Position numbers and translations under genes: made by a program | Assembly (NCBI GenBank): GCA_041741375.1 | Contig: JBGSKF010000020.1 | Span: forward strand, 7,889 to 71,888 | DNA length: 64,000 nt | Source: Gemmatimonadales bacterium | GTDB taxonomy: Bacteria; Gemmatimonadota; Gemmatimonadetes; Gemmatimonadales; GWC2-71-9 | Reading direction: 5' to 3' | Shown here: positions 51,386 to 59,925 of the stretch, piece by piece | How positions within the stretch are numbered: position 1 is the first letter of the stretch | Layout of the letters: every line of letters begins with the position of its first letter | The notes under the pieces: generated by a model | The model's database searches: none | The model's input: the letters and a program-made list of their open reading frames with translations, nothing else | What the model was told of the DNA's origin: nothing

Positions 51386-52306
51386 GTGGATCACGGTATC
51401 GCAGCATCACAACCCAGGTCGGAGCTGCACGACTGGGTTGCGCTCCTCCGACCGTCCCACTGGGTCAAGAACGGATTCATCCTGGCCCCCCTCCTCTTCT
51501 CCGGCAAGGCGGGAGACCTTGAGCTGGTGATCCGGACGGGACTCGGGGTTCTCCTCTTTGCCCTCCTGTCCAGCGGGGTCTACGCGATCAACGATGTGGT
51601 GGACCGGGAGGCGGACCGGGCCCATCCCGACAAGCGGCATCGTCCGGTGGCCCGGGGGGCCATCGCCCCGGGGAACGCCCTGGCGGCGGGCATCGCGCTG
51701 GTGGTGGTGGCGTTGGCGGGGGGAATGGCACTCGACACCGGCTTCGCCACCGTGGCCGCGGTCTATCTGGGCCTGAACGTTCTCTATACCCAATGGCTCA
51801 AGCAGGTCGTCCTGCTCGAGGTGTTCGTTCTCGCCACCTTCTTTCTTCTTCGCCTGGAGGCGGGGGCGACCCTGATCGGAGTGACCCCGACGGTCTGGCT
51901 CCTCCTCTGTGGCGGCCTCCTGGCCCTCTTTCTCGGCTTTTCCAAGCGACGTCACGAGCTGACCCTGCTCGGAGACGGATCGGCGGGCCACCGGGCGGTG
52001 CTGGGGGAGTACAGCCCCGCCCTGCTCGACCAGATCACGACCGTGCTGCTGAGCGCCACGGTGATTTCCTACATCATGTACACCCTGGCGTCGGACACGG
52101 CCTCGGTGGTTGGATCGAGCCGACTGACCTGGAGCACCGGATTCGTGCTGTATGGCATGTTCCGGTTCCTGTACCTCGTGCACCGGCGCGAGGGCGGCAG
52201 TCCCGCCGAGACACTCTGGAGTGATTTTCCCCTCGCGGCCACCATCGCTCTCTGGGCGGTGTACTGTGGCTGGGTCATCTATCGCGCGGCGCCGATGGCC
52301 TCCTGA
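51386..52306 (+). CDS. UbiA-family prenyl-phosphate phosphoribosyltransferase (decaprenyl-phosphate 5-phosphoribosyltransferase-like)
   Basis: LLRPSHWVKNGFILAPLLFSGK and YAINDVVDREADRAHPDKRHRPVARG; about 8 TM segments. Confidence 0.85.
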   Translation: MDHGIAASQPRSELHDWVALLRPSHWVKNGFILAPLLFSGKAGDLELVIRTGLGVLLFALLSSGVYAINDVVDREADRAHPDKRHRPVARGAIAPGNALAAGIALVVVALAGGMALDTGFATVAAVYLGLNVLYTQWLKQVVLLEVFVLATFFLLRLEAGATLIGVTPTVWLLLCGGLLALFLGFSKRRHELTLLGDGSAGHRAVLGEYSPALLDQITTVLLSATVISYIMYTLASDTASVVGSSRLTWSTGFVLYGMFRFLYLVHRREGGSPAETLWSDFPLAATIALWAVYCGWVIYRAAPMAS

Positions 52307-52334
52307 CGACCGGCGGCGTGGCCCGTCAGCCCCG

Positions 52335-53165
52335 GGCGCGCCCTTCACAGCCTCCGCGGTGACCCCACCCCACCCCGGATTGAACCACAGAGGGCGCGGA
52401 GGACGCAGAGGGTTTTCGGTACCCACGACAGGCTCCCGATCTCAAGTGGCGGGCATCGGCAGGATGGGGGCCCTTCCACCCCCCAAGAACAGAATCCGGA
52501 TCTCGACGCGCGAGGCGTGGAGCCGCGGGAATCATGCGGAGACCCTCTGTGACCTCCGTGTTCTCTGTGGCGAATCCTTTCCACCTTCCCGATCCCGGAC
52601 CCGCAGGGGTTCGGCGGGATGGAGTGCCCTTCCCCCCCCCCAACAACAGATGCGGATCATGGCGCGCCCTTCACCGCCTCCGCAGTGACCCCACTCCACC
52701 CCGGATTGAACCGCAGAGAACACGGAGGACGCAGAGGGTTGATGGCTCCCACGACAGGTTCCCGATCTCGCATGGCGGGCATCGGCAGGATGGGGTGCCC
52801 TTCCACCCCCCAACGACAACACTGGATCTCAGCACGCAAGACGTGGAGCGACGGAAATCACCCGGAGACCCTCCGCGACCTCCGTGTGCTCTTGGTGAAT
52901 CCTTCCCACCTTCCCGATCCCGGACCCCCGGGCATCGGCAGGACGGGGGGCCTTCCACCCCCGACAACAAGACCGGGTCCTGGTGCGCAAGCCCCACCTC
53001 TCCCCGGTTTGAACCACAGAGAACACGGAGGACACAGAGGGTTAATGGTTCCCACGACAGGTTCCCGATCTCGCATGGCGGGCATCGGCAGGATGGGGTG
53101 CCCTTCCCCCCCCCAACAACAGATGCAGATGTTGGCGCGCGAGGACTCCTTCGCGTCTTCGCGTG
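52335..53165. repeat. Array 3 of the MITE-like element
   Basis: Full copies lie at 52384-52571 and 52710-52896, with a partial copy at 53013-53165. A degenerate arm plus spacer occurs at 52335-52383 and again at 52661-52709. Confidence 0.85.
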
Positions 53166-53199
53166 AGCCCGTTGGGGAACACGACCTTCTCTGCGCCCT

Positions 53200-53241
53200 C
53201 TCACTCCTCACTCCTCTCACCTCACTCCTCTCACCTCACTT
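53200..53241 (-). repeat. Heptamer tract (CTCACTC/CTCTCAC) x6; sense strand GAGTGAG
   Basis: Six copies at a 7-nt period. The last copy supplies the TGA stop (53236-53238) of the methyltransferase gene. Confidence 0.85.
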
Positions 53242-53928
53242 CTCGCAGACGTACAGAACGTGGGGATACGGCAGGATGTCCGGCATGGGATAGACCTGGA
53301 CCGAAAACCCCGCCTGCTGCAGCGCCGTGCGCAGCTCGTCCACCGGCCAGTAATAGAGCGGCTCGTCCCATCCCACCATCACCCGGTCGGTGATCCAGCT
53401 GACCCAGCGCTTGTACGCGGGAGTGTTGTCCACATCCTTGATGATGAAGCGCCCGCCTGGCTGCAGGCGCTCGTGAATGCCCTCGAGGAACCGGGGAACG
53501 GCCTCGCGCGGGAGGTGGTGCATGATGTCGATGGCGTAGGCCCCGTCGAACCGTCGATCCAGAGTCAGGCGGGCCGCGTCCCCGAACGCGAACCTCGCGT
53601 TGGTCAGCCCCAGGGACTCGGCGGCGGCCCCGGCCGTCGCCACACGCCGCTCGTCCAGGTCATAGCCGTGGAGGACGCGATGAGGATGGACCCCGGCGAA
53701 ATAGAGCCCCGAGAGGCCGAATCCACATCCGATTTCCAGCACGTCACCCCGCTCGGGCAGATACTGCCCGATGACGTCCAAAAACCTCGGGCCCATGATG
53801 AGGAGACGAATCCGGCAGTACGTCCGCAGGATCAGGGAGGGGAAAACCCCCACCACGCGCCTGAGGTACTCACGCCGTTGGGCGGCCGGGGGACGGAACC
53901 CGGCGAGCGGAGGGACTGGCGGATTCAT
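53236..53928 (-). CDS. Class I SAM-dependent methyltransferase
   Basis: ORF 53236..54060 is trimmed to ATG 53928 (ATGA overlap). Motifs: VLEIGCGFGLSGLYFA, YDLDERRV, GGRFIIKDV. Confidence 0.8.
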   Translation of the reverse strand: MNPPVPPLAGFRPPAAQRREYLRRVVGVFPSLILRTYCRIRLLIMGPRFLDVIGQYLPERGDVLEIGCGFGLSGLYFAGVHPHRVLHGYDLDERRVATAGAAAESLGLTNARFAFGDAARLTLDRRFDGAYAIDIMHHLPREAVPRFLEGIHERLQPGGRFIIKDVDNTPAYKRWVSWITDRVMVGWDEPLYYWPVDELRTALQQAGFSVQVYPMPDILPYPHVLYVCEK

Positions 53929-55550
53929 CGCGGGAGACCGGGATACGGCTTCATCGTGTTGCCCTCGAGCTCGAGGATGGTCCAGCGACCCAGGCTCACC
54001 CGCGGGGTGGCGCGGGTCAGAGAGGACGGGGCGGGAGTCCCCGCGGGCAGCAGCACCCACCGGACGCCGTACTCCGACAGAAACCCGCTCGCCTCGGCGG
54101 CGTCCATCCGGCCCGCGTAGAAATCGTCGGAGAGTCGCGACTGCTCCTCGAAGGTGATGCTGAAGAGCCGGTTTCCGGCAAAGCTGTGCATCGGCACGGT
54201 CGAAAACCAGGTGGCCCTGTCCACCGGGGCCAACACGAGATCGGTGTGCCTGGCATTCTCTGCCAGCCAGTCACGGACCGCGACGTCGTCCTCAGCCATC
54301 AGACTGGTGAAGAGCCGCTCGGGGACGGCCGCGCGGCCGTCCTTCCAGGATTGCCGGTAGTACGCCGCGTAGGCGCTCACCGATAGCAGGACCAGCGTGG
54401 CCAGTGCAGCCCTTCCGAGGCGGCGGTGCTGGGCCCAGAGGCGCCCGACCACGGGCGTCTGCCCCAGTTGTCGCACCAGCAGCATCGCGACGCCGTAGTG
54501 GAATCCGTCCAGAAAGTGCTGGGTCCACGGGATGAAGGGCAGATAGATCCCGATCAGGGCGCAGGCGATCCAGCTCTGGAGGAGCAGGTCCGTGGGTGAC
54601 ACCATCCTGCGGCGCACGACGAAGAGGAGACACGCCAGGGTGGCGGGCACGCCGAGGACGGCGGGAAGGAGGAGGGGATGGGGGGGATCCCACCGGGTGA
54701 TCGCGGCGGCGTCCCTCACCCAGGGATGCATCAGGGCGAGGGCCGCCATCGGCGCGATGCCCAGCCCCCCCAGGAGGTTCAGGGCGGCCACCTCCGGAAC
54801 GGATCGCCGCCACCGGGCGCCCCGCCAGATCAGCAGGGCGAGTGACCCCGCCGCCAGTATCAGGAAGGGCTCGTAGGGGTGGACCAATCCGCAAAGGACC
54901 ACGGAGATCCCGGCGCCGAGAAGATATCGCTTCTTCTCCGTCTCCATGTACGCTGCCAGGAAGGCGAACGACGCGAGGGTGGCCACGGTACCGTAGGTGA
55001 CGAGAATGCTGCCGGCGATCCCGTGAAAGAACCCGTCGGAGGTGTACCAGACGAAGAAACCCAGACCCGGCAGCGGCGGCACCCCCACGGGCTCGAGCGG
55101 CAGCACGAGCGACGGGAGGACCAGCAGGCTGGGAATCGGAATGGCAAGCACCATCACTCCGAGCGCCACCCACCGTTCCCTCGGCGTTTTCAGAAAGAGT
55201 CCCAGGGCGGCGGACAGAGCATAGGCGGCCAGGACATAGAGCCCGAGGTGGGCGAGCAACCACCCCCAGGCGAGGGGAATGCCCATGAACTGGGAGGACC
55301 GGGCCACCAGAAGAAGGAACGGTTTGAAGACCGCGGGTTCGGTCAGCCAGGGCGCCTGGAAGTTGGGATGGAGCACCCGGCTCTCACTGGAACGGAGCCA
55401 CGACTCGTAGATCGAGTTGTCGGTGGCGTTCACGCGCAGCAAGTGCACGGAGCCCTCGGGGGTCTCGAGCCAACCGCTCAGCACGGCGAGGTTGTTGAGC
55501 GTGAACAGCGCCACGGCCAGCGCCAGGGGCAGAAGGCGTTGGATCAGCAC
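53925..55550 (-). CDS. Polytopic membrane protein with C-terminal soluble domain (GT-C-like candidate)
   Basis: ORF 53925..56159 has its N-terminal part inside the upstream gene. Likely starts are GTG 55550 (7-nt overlap) or ATG 55616. It has more than 10 hydrophobic segments and a C-terminal soluble region of about 130 aa. Confidence 0.55.
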   Translation of the reverse strand: MLIQRLLPLALAVALFTLNNLAVLSGWLETPEGSVHLLRVNATDNSIYESWLRSSESRVLHPNFQAPWLTEPAVFKPFLLLVARSSQFMGIPLAWGWLLAHLGLYVLAAYALSAALGLFLKTPRERWVALGVMVLAIPIPSLLVLPSLVLPLEPVGVPPLPGLGFFVWYTSDGFFHGIAGSILVTYGTVATLASFAFLAAYMETEKKRYLLGAGISVVLCGLVHPYEPFLILAAGSLALLIWRGARWRRSVPEVAALNLLGGLGIAPMAALALMHPWVRDAAAITRWDPPHPLLLPAVLGVPATLACLLFVVRRRMVSPTDLLLQSWIACALIGIYLPFIPWTQHFLDGFHYGVAMLLVRQLGQTPVVGRLWAQHRRLGRAALATLVLLSVSAYAAYYRQSWKDGRAAVPERLFTSLMAEDDVAVRDWLAENARHTDLVLAPVDRATWFSTVPMHSFAGNRLFSITFEEQSRLSDDFYAGRMDAAEASGFLSEYGVRWVLLPAGTPAPSSLTRATPRVSLGRWTILELEGNTMKPYPGLPR

Positions 55551-57019
55551 GGGTTGTCCACCCTCCCCGGCCTCGCCGGTTCTCGAGTCAGCACCGCTTG
55601 ATAGTGCACCGACCATCCCCGGAGCGGGCTCCGTTCCAGCGCCGCCTCGACGCGGAGCAGCGGGGCGAGCAGGGCTCGGGGGAGAAAGTCGGGCAGGAAG
55701 GTAAAGCAGGCCAGGTCCGACAGGGTGAATCCTTCCGTGGCGTACCACTGCCGCGGGGCGATCCACCACTCGGTGCCATCGTCGATCGTGCGGAGCAACG
55801 GAAAAAGGTAGCCCATGTAGAACCGGAAGAGCGGGTTGCGGGGGTTGCTCTCCTGCACGATGAAACGGCCTCCCGGCCGGAGCACCCGCCGCACCTCGGC
55901 CACCGCCCGGGCCTGGGCCCGCGGATCGCCCACGTGATGCAGCACCCCGACGGTGTACACGAAGTCGAACGTCCCGCTCCGGAAGGGAAGAGCGAGGGCG
56001 CTCCCGGCCGCGGCCCCTCCGTCCCCCACCCTTCCCTGCTGCAGAAGCGCCCGCGCCGGATCCACTCCGATGACCTGGAAACCGGCTTCGCGCATGGCGA
56101 GCCGCTGGCGTCCGAGCCCGCATCCCAGGTCGAGGCCCAGGGGGGTCTCCGGGGCACACCCCGAGGTGGCCCGCACCAGGTGGCCCACCCGGCGCCGGAG
56201 GAGGAGATCCCAGACGTGCCCGGCAAACTGGTTCAGGTACTCCCCGGCGATCTCATCGAAATGCGCGGCCGCGTCCTGTGCCGGGCGGCGGCGGCGGGAT
56301 CGGATCAGCCACGCACCCGCGAGCGCCGCTCCGCCGAGCACCGCGAGGATCCAGCCCGGGGCGACGAGCCGCGTCACCCCCTCGGGCCCGCCGAGCTCGG
56401 CCACCGGGTTCACGGCCAGGAGACCGGAAAGGAATCCGCTGCTCCCCGCGTCGACGAGAGCCCGGAGGGGCATCGGCACACCGGCCACCAGAGCCGTCAC
56501 CCCCACAGCGCCAAGGGCCGGAAGCCACACCAGGAGCGAGATCCCCAGAGCGGCCCCGAGGGGAAGCGGCGTTCGGAACCGCTCGGCGGCGGGGGAGAAT
56601 CGGCTGGTGAGGTTCAGGCGAAGCAGGATCCACAGCACGATCCAGAGCGCGACCCCTCCCGTCAGGACGGCGGCGACACTCGACCAGGAGCCAAGGGCGA
56701 GAGCGACCAGAAGGGTGAGCGCCCCGGCATCGAGAACCCGTTCGAGCACCCAGGCGGGGAGCACTCTCCTCCATCCCGGACCCGGACTCCGGGCACAGAG
56801 CCATCCCCGCAGGAGGGCCTCCCCCACGCCGAACGGGGTGAACCATCCCGGCAGCGCCACGGCATACCGGACCAGGCCCCACCGGATCGGGGTCCGCAGG
56901 TCGAACCGGCGGAGGAGCCATTGCCAGCGGAGAAATCGCAGGAACCCCCAGGCCACCATGAGCCCGGTGGCCAGGGTCACCGCCAGCAGCGAGGTCAGGG
57001 GGGGCCCGGGGTCCGTCAC
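55544..57019 (-). CDS. Fusion protein: flippase-like (lysyl-PG-synthase TM / UPF0104) membrane domain + class I SAM methyltransferase
   Basis: ORF 55544..57157 is trimmed to GTG 57019 (GTGA overlap). N-terminal half: FLRWQWLLRRF..WFTPFGVGEALLRGWL with about 7 TM. C-terminal half: LGLDLGCGLGRQ, VIGVDPA, FDFVYTVGVLHHV, GGRFIVQESN. Confidence 0.7.
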   Translation of the reverse strand: MTDPGPPLTSLLAVTLATGLMVAWGFLRFLRWQWLLRRFDLRTPIRWGLVRYAVALPGWFTPFGVGEALLRGWLCARSPGPGWRRVLPAWVLERVLDAGALTLLVALALGSWSSVAAVLTGGVALWIVLWILLRLNLTSRFSPAAERFRTPLPLGAALGISLLVWLPALGAVGVTALVAGVPMPLRALVDAGSSGFLSGLLAVNPVAELGGPEGVTRLVAPGWILAVLGGAALAGAWLIRSRRRRPAQDAAAHFDEIAGEYLNQFAGHVWDLLLRRRVGHLVRATSGCAPETPLGLDLGCGLGRQRLAMREAGFQVIGVDPARALLQQGRVGDGGAAAGSALALPFRSGTFDFVYTVGVLHHVGDPRAQARAVAEVRRVLRPGGRFIVQESNPRNPLFRFYMGYLFPLLRTIDDGTEWWIAPRQWYATEGFTLSDLACFTFLPDFLPRALLAPLLRVEAALERSPLRGWSVHYQAVLTREPARPGRVDNPC

Positions 57020-58635
57020 CGGACTCGTTCCCCGGCCCGCCGGCCGCGCTCCTCGATGTCCCGCAGGAGCTCGCAGCTGTCCCCGGTTCCGTCGGTCCGC
57101 AGTTCCAGCAGGACCGTCTCCTCCCCAAAGGTCCGCACCACTCGGAGCTCGTGGCATCGGGGTGCGAGCAACGCCGGCATCTCGAACTGGTCATGCGCCG
57201 TGAGGGCCGCCAGCAGAATGTACGTCACCCCCGCGTTTCGGAGCCCCTCCAGGACCCGGTCGGGCTCCACTCCCCGGACCCACTCGATCGAGTGCTCCAC
57301 CGTCCGTCCCGAGTGCCAGGCAAAGGCGGCCTCCCGGTCCACCAGAACCACCCCGGGGGGGAGACTGTCCCGGGCATACCGGGCGGCGGCAAAGAAGCCG
57401 AGCTGTTCCGGTGTGTAGCAGGTGGGAGACTCGTACTGCACCTCCCGATCGCACCGGATCCCCGTCTCCACGAAGCGCGCCACCTGGGGCCACCCCTGAA
57501 GGGGTACCGGCACCAGGAGCAGCGCCAGAAGGGCCCCTCCCACCCAGCGCGACCGTTGCCACACGGCCCACGTCCCGGCGAGGAGCGTCAGCCAGATCAG
57601 CGGCTGCACCGGGAAGAGAAAGCGACGGGTGGACCAGGTCCACACGACAAGAAGGCCGAAGTATCCGACCAGGTAGAGCGGAACCACGCGCCACCGGCGC
57701 CAGACCACCACGAGGCCGATGCCGCCGCAGACCAGGGCCACCAGCACCCAGGCGAGGTTGTCCGCCATCGTTTCCCGAAGGCGCAGGAAGGGGAGCACCG
57801 CGGGGATCTCCCGCCCGGCCAGATCGCCCAGGCGAACCAGCGCACTCCGGGCAAGGCCGAGGAGCGCGGACCCGTTCCGTCCCGCCCATTCGGCCTGGGC
57901 CGCCAGATCGTTCACGTAGGAGCGACCCAGAGTCTTCTGGGGACCGAGGAAGGTCCAGGCGAGCCAGGGCCCGAAACCGAGGAGAAAGACCCCGGTGGCG
58001 ATCCCGAAGCGCCGCCAATGGCGGGCCAGGAACCAGATCGCCGCCACCGCCACGAGGAGCGCGAGGCCGATGGTGCGGACGTGGGCCGCCAGCAGTGCCG
58101 CGACCAGTGCCAGGGCCATTCTCCTCTTTGGAATATCCGGACTCGACAGGGCCCAGAGCGCCACCATCGACGCGGCGAAGAACGCCGCCTCGGACATCAG
58201 GCGGCCCGCGGGCGCGAGCACCGCCGTGGACCAGGCCGCCGCCGCGAGCGCCACGAGGGCCAGCCCGTCCGGGATCACGCGCCGCGCCCCGGCAAAGAAG
58301 GCCGCGAGCCCGACACTGGAGAGGAGCACCACCAGGACGAAGGTGGCCGGAATGGAGTTGCCGCTGATCCACCCCGTCACCGCGAGGATGGCGGGCCACC
58401 CGGGGGGATACTGGGTGTGCCAGGGGGCGCTTGGGAGGTAGAGATCGCGATAGGTTCCCTGGCGGAGGGCATCGGCGAGGACCAGGTACACCGCGTCGTC
58501 GTTGCTGTAACTCACGCCGGGAAGCCGGCCCAGCCAGGCGAGCACCGCGTGCCCCAGGATGATCACGGCGGCGAGGGCGACCACCCTCCGCTCGGTGAGC
58601 CATCCGGCCGCCGGGGGGTGCCCCGCGCTGGTCAC
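57016..58635 (-). CDS. GT-C-fold membrane glycosyltransferase (ArnT-like)
   Basis: ORF 57016..58677 is trimmed to GTG 58635 (GTGA overlap). Motifs: YSNDDAVYLVLADAL (first-loop acidic motif), YPPGWPAIL. The protein is polytopic. Confidence 0.7.
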   Translation of the reverse strand: MTSAGHPPAAGWLTERRVVALAAVIILGHAVLAWLGRLPGVSYSNDDAVYLVLADALRQGTYRDLYLPSAPWHTQYPPGWPAILAVTGWISGNSIPATFVLVVLLSSVGLAAFFAGARRVIPDGLALVALAAAAWSTAVLAPAGRLMSEAAFFAASMVALWALSSPDIPKRRMALALVAALLAAHVRTIGLALLVAVAAIWFLARHWRRFGIATGVFLLGFGPWLAWTFLGPQKTLGRSYVNDLAAQAEWAGRNGSALLGLARSALVRLGDLAGREIPAVLPFLRLRETMADNLAWVLVALVCGGIGLVVVWRRWRVVPLYLVGYFGLLVVWTWSTRRFLFPVQPLIWLTLLAGTWAVWQRSRWVGGALLALLLVPVPLQGWPQVARFVETGIRCDREVQYESPTCYTPEQLGFFAAARYARDSLPPGVVLVDREAAFAWHSGRTVEHSIEWVRGVEPDRVLEGLRNAGVTYILLAALTAHDQFEMPALLAPRCHELRVVRTFGEETVLLELRTDGTGDSCELLRDIEERGRRAGERVR

Positions 58636-59825
58636 GCGGTCATTCCCTGATAGATGCGGGCCAGATCGGCGCTGCACGCCCGCACGTCGAACGCGTCGAG
58701 CATCCGTCGCCGCATCTGCTCCCCATGGGTGGTGACCAGGGCCGGCTCGTCGACATACCGCTGGAGCGCGTCGGCGATCCCGGTGGCATCGCGCTCCGCC
58801 ACGAGCAGATCGGCGTGGGGGCCGAAAAGAAAGGGGATGTCCGAGTGCCGGGTTGACACGACCGGCATGGCGGAAAGCATCATCTGCTGGATCACGAACG
58901 GGGTCCCCTCCATGTCGCCATCGGCGGCCTCCACGCTCGGCGCCACGAACACATGGTGCGCCAGGGCCTGCCGCATGAGGGAGTGAAACGGGAGCCAGCC
59001 GTGGAGCGTGATCGCGTCTCCCGCATTCTGCGCTCCCAACCGGTCGCGGATGGCGGCCTCGGTGCGCTGGTCGTCGGCCCGTCCTCCCGGCCCCCCCACG
59101 ATGCTGAGCTGCACCGGCACCTGTCGGCGCACCAGAAGGTCCATCGCCTCGAGCAGGTGGATCAACCCCTTCTTTTCCCGGAAGGTGCCGGCAAAGAGGA
59201 CCCGGAGGGGCTCACCGGGTCGGAGCACCCGCGGGGAAAAGGGAATGTCGCCGGGGTCGACGCCGAGAGGGTGAATCACGATCCGGTCCCGGGGGCAGCC
59301 CAGGCCGGCCAGGGCATCGGCCATGAAGGGTCCGAGTGCCAGCACCCGGGTGGCGGCGGCAAAGAGCGCCGCGTGGCGATCCTTCCATTCCGGCTGGTGA
59401 CGGTGCAGGAACACATCCGCCCCGTAGAATCCGATGCACCAGGGAACACCGAGCGCCCGGTGGAGGTGGTGGTCTCCCGCCGCGACATAACCGAAATGGG
59501 AATGCAGAACGCCGGGGCGGAGCCGGGCGAGCCAGCGGAGTTCACAGGGAGTGTGGACCCGGCCGGTGGCCCGGCGCCACGCCCGGGCCCCGATGCTCCG
59601 CCCCGGCCACACCCTCGCCTCGAGCAGGGGGAACTCGGTGCGATTCTGCAACGCACCGGCCAGCACCACCGGGCGATACCGGGGGAGATGCCGGAGATGG
59701 TCGTAGAGCCAGTTCATGGTCCGGCCGACGAAGGCGTCGGCGCGTTGCAGGGCCACGGGAGCTTCGGTCACTCCCCTCCCCTCCCCAGGCATCCCGTCGT
59801 TGTCATTCCGTGCGGCATGTAACAC
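58632..59825 (-). CDS. Glycosyltransferase family 4
   Basis: FAGTFREKKGL, IVGGPGG, FVAPSVEAADGDMEGTPFVIQQMMLSAMPVVSTRHSDIP. The start codon is uncertain. Confidence 0.8.
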   Translation of the reverse strand: MLHAARNDNDGMPGEGRGVTEAPVALQRADAFVGRTMNWLYDHLRHLPRYRPVVLAGALQNRTEFPLLEARVWPGRSIGARAWRRATGRVHTPCELRWLARLRPGVLHSHFGYVAAGDHHLHRALGVPWCIGFYGADVFLHRHQPEWKDRHAALFAAATRVLALGPFMADALAGLGCPRDRIVIHPLGVDPGDIPFSPRVLRPGEPLRVLFAGTFREKKGLIHLLEAMDLLVRRQVPVQLSIVGGPGGRADDQRTEAAIRDRLGAQNAGDAITLHGWLPFHSLMRQALAHHVFVAPSVEAADGDMEGTPFVIQQMMLSAMPVVSTRHSDIPFLFGPHADLLVAERDATGIADALQRYVDEPALVTTHGEQMRRRMLDAFDVRACSADLARIYQGMTA

Positions 59826-59925
59826 TCCATCGCGGGGCGCAAGAAACCGGCTCCGGGATTCGATTGGGGGCCAACCGGTGAACCCCCTCCGCAGGGCAAG
59901 AGCAATGCCACCGAAAGCGGCGTCC

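Noticed and set aside
53925-56159. Long N-terminal extensions given by the ORF track (also 44984..46774, 24449..25876, 28469..29809, 22040..24013, 17189..18202, 15942..17429)
   Set aside because: The extensions overlap the preceding well-supported gene and are Arg/Pro/Gly-rich. In each case an internal ATG/GTG forms a 4-nt overlap with, or sits just after, the upstream stop and begins the recognisable domain.
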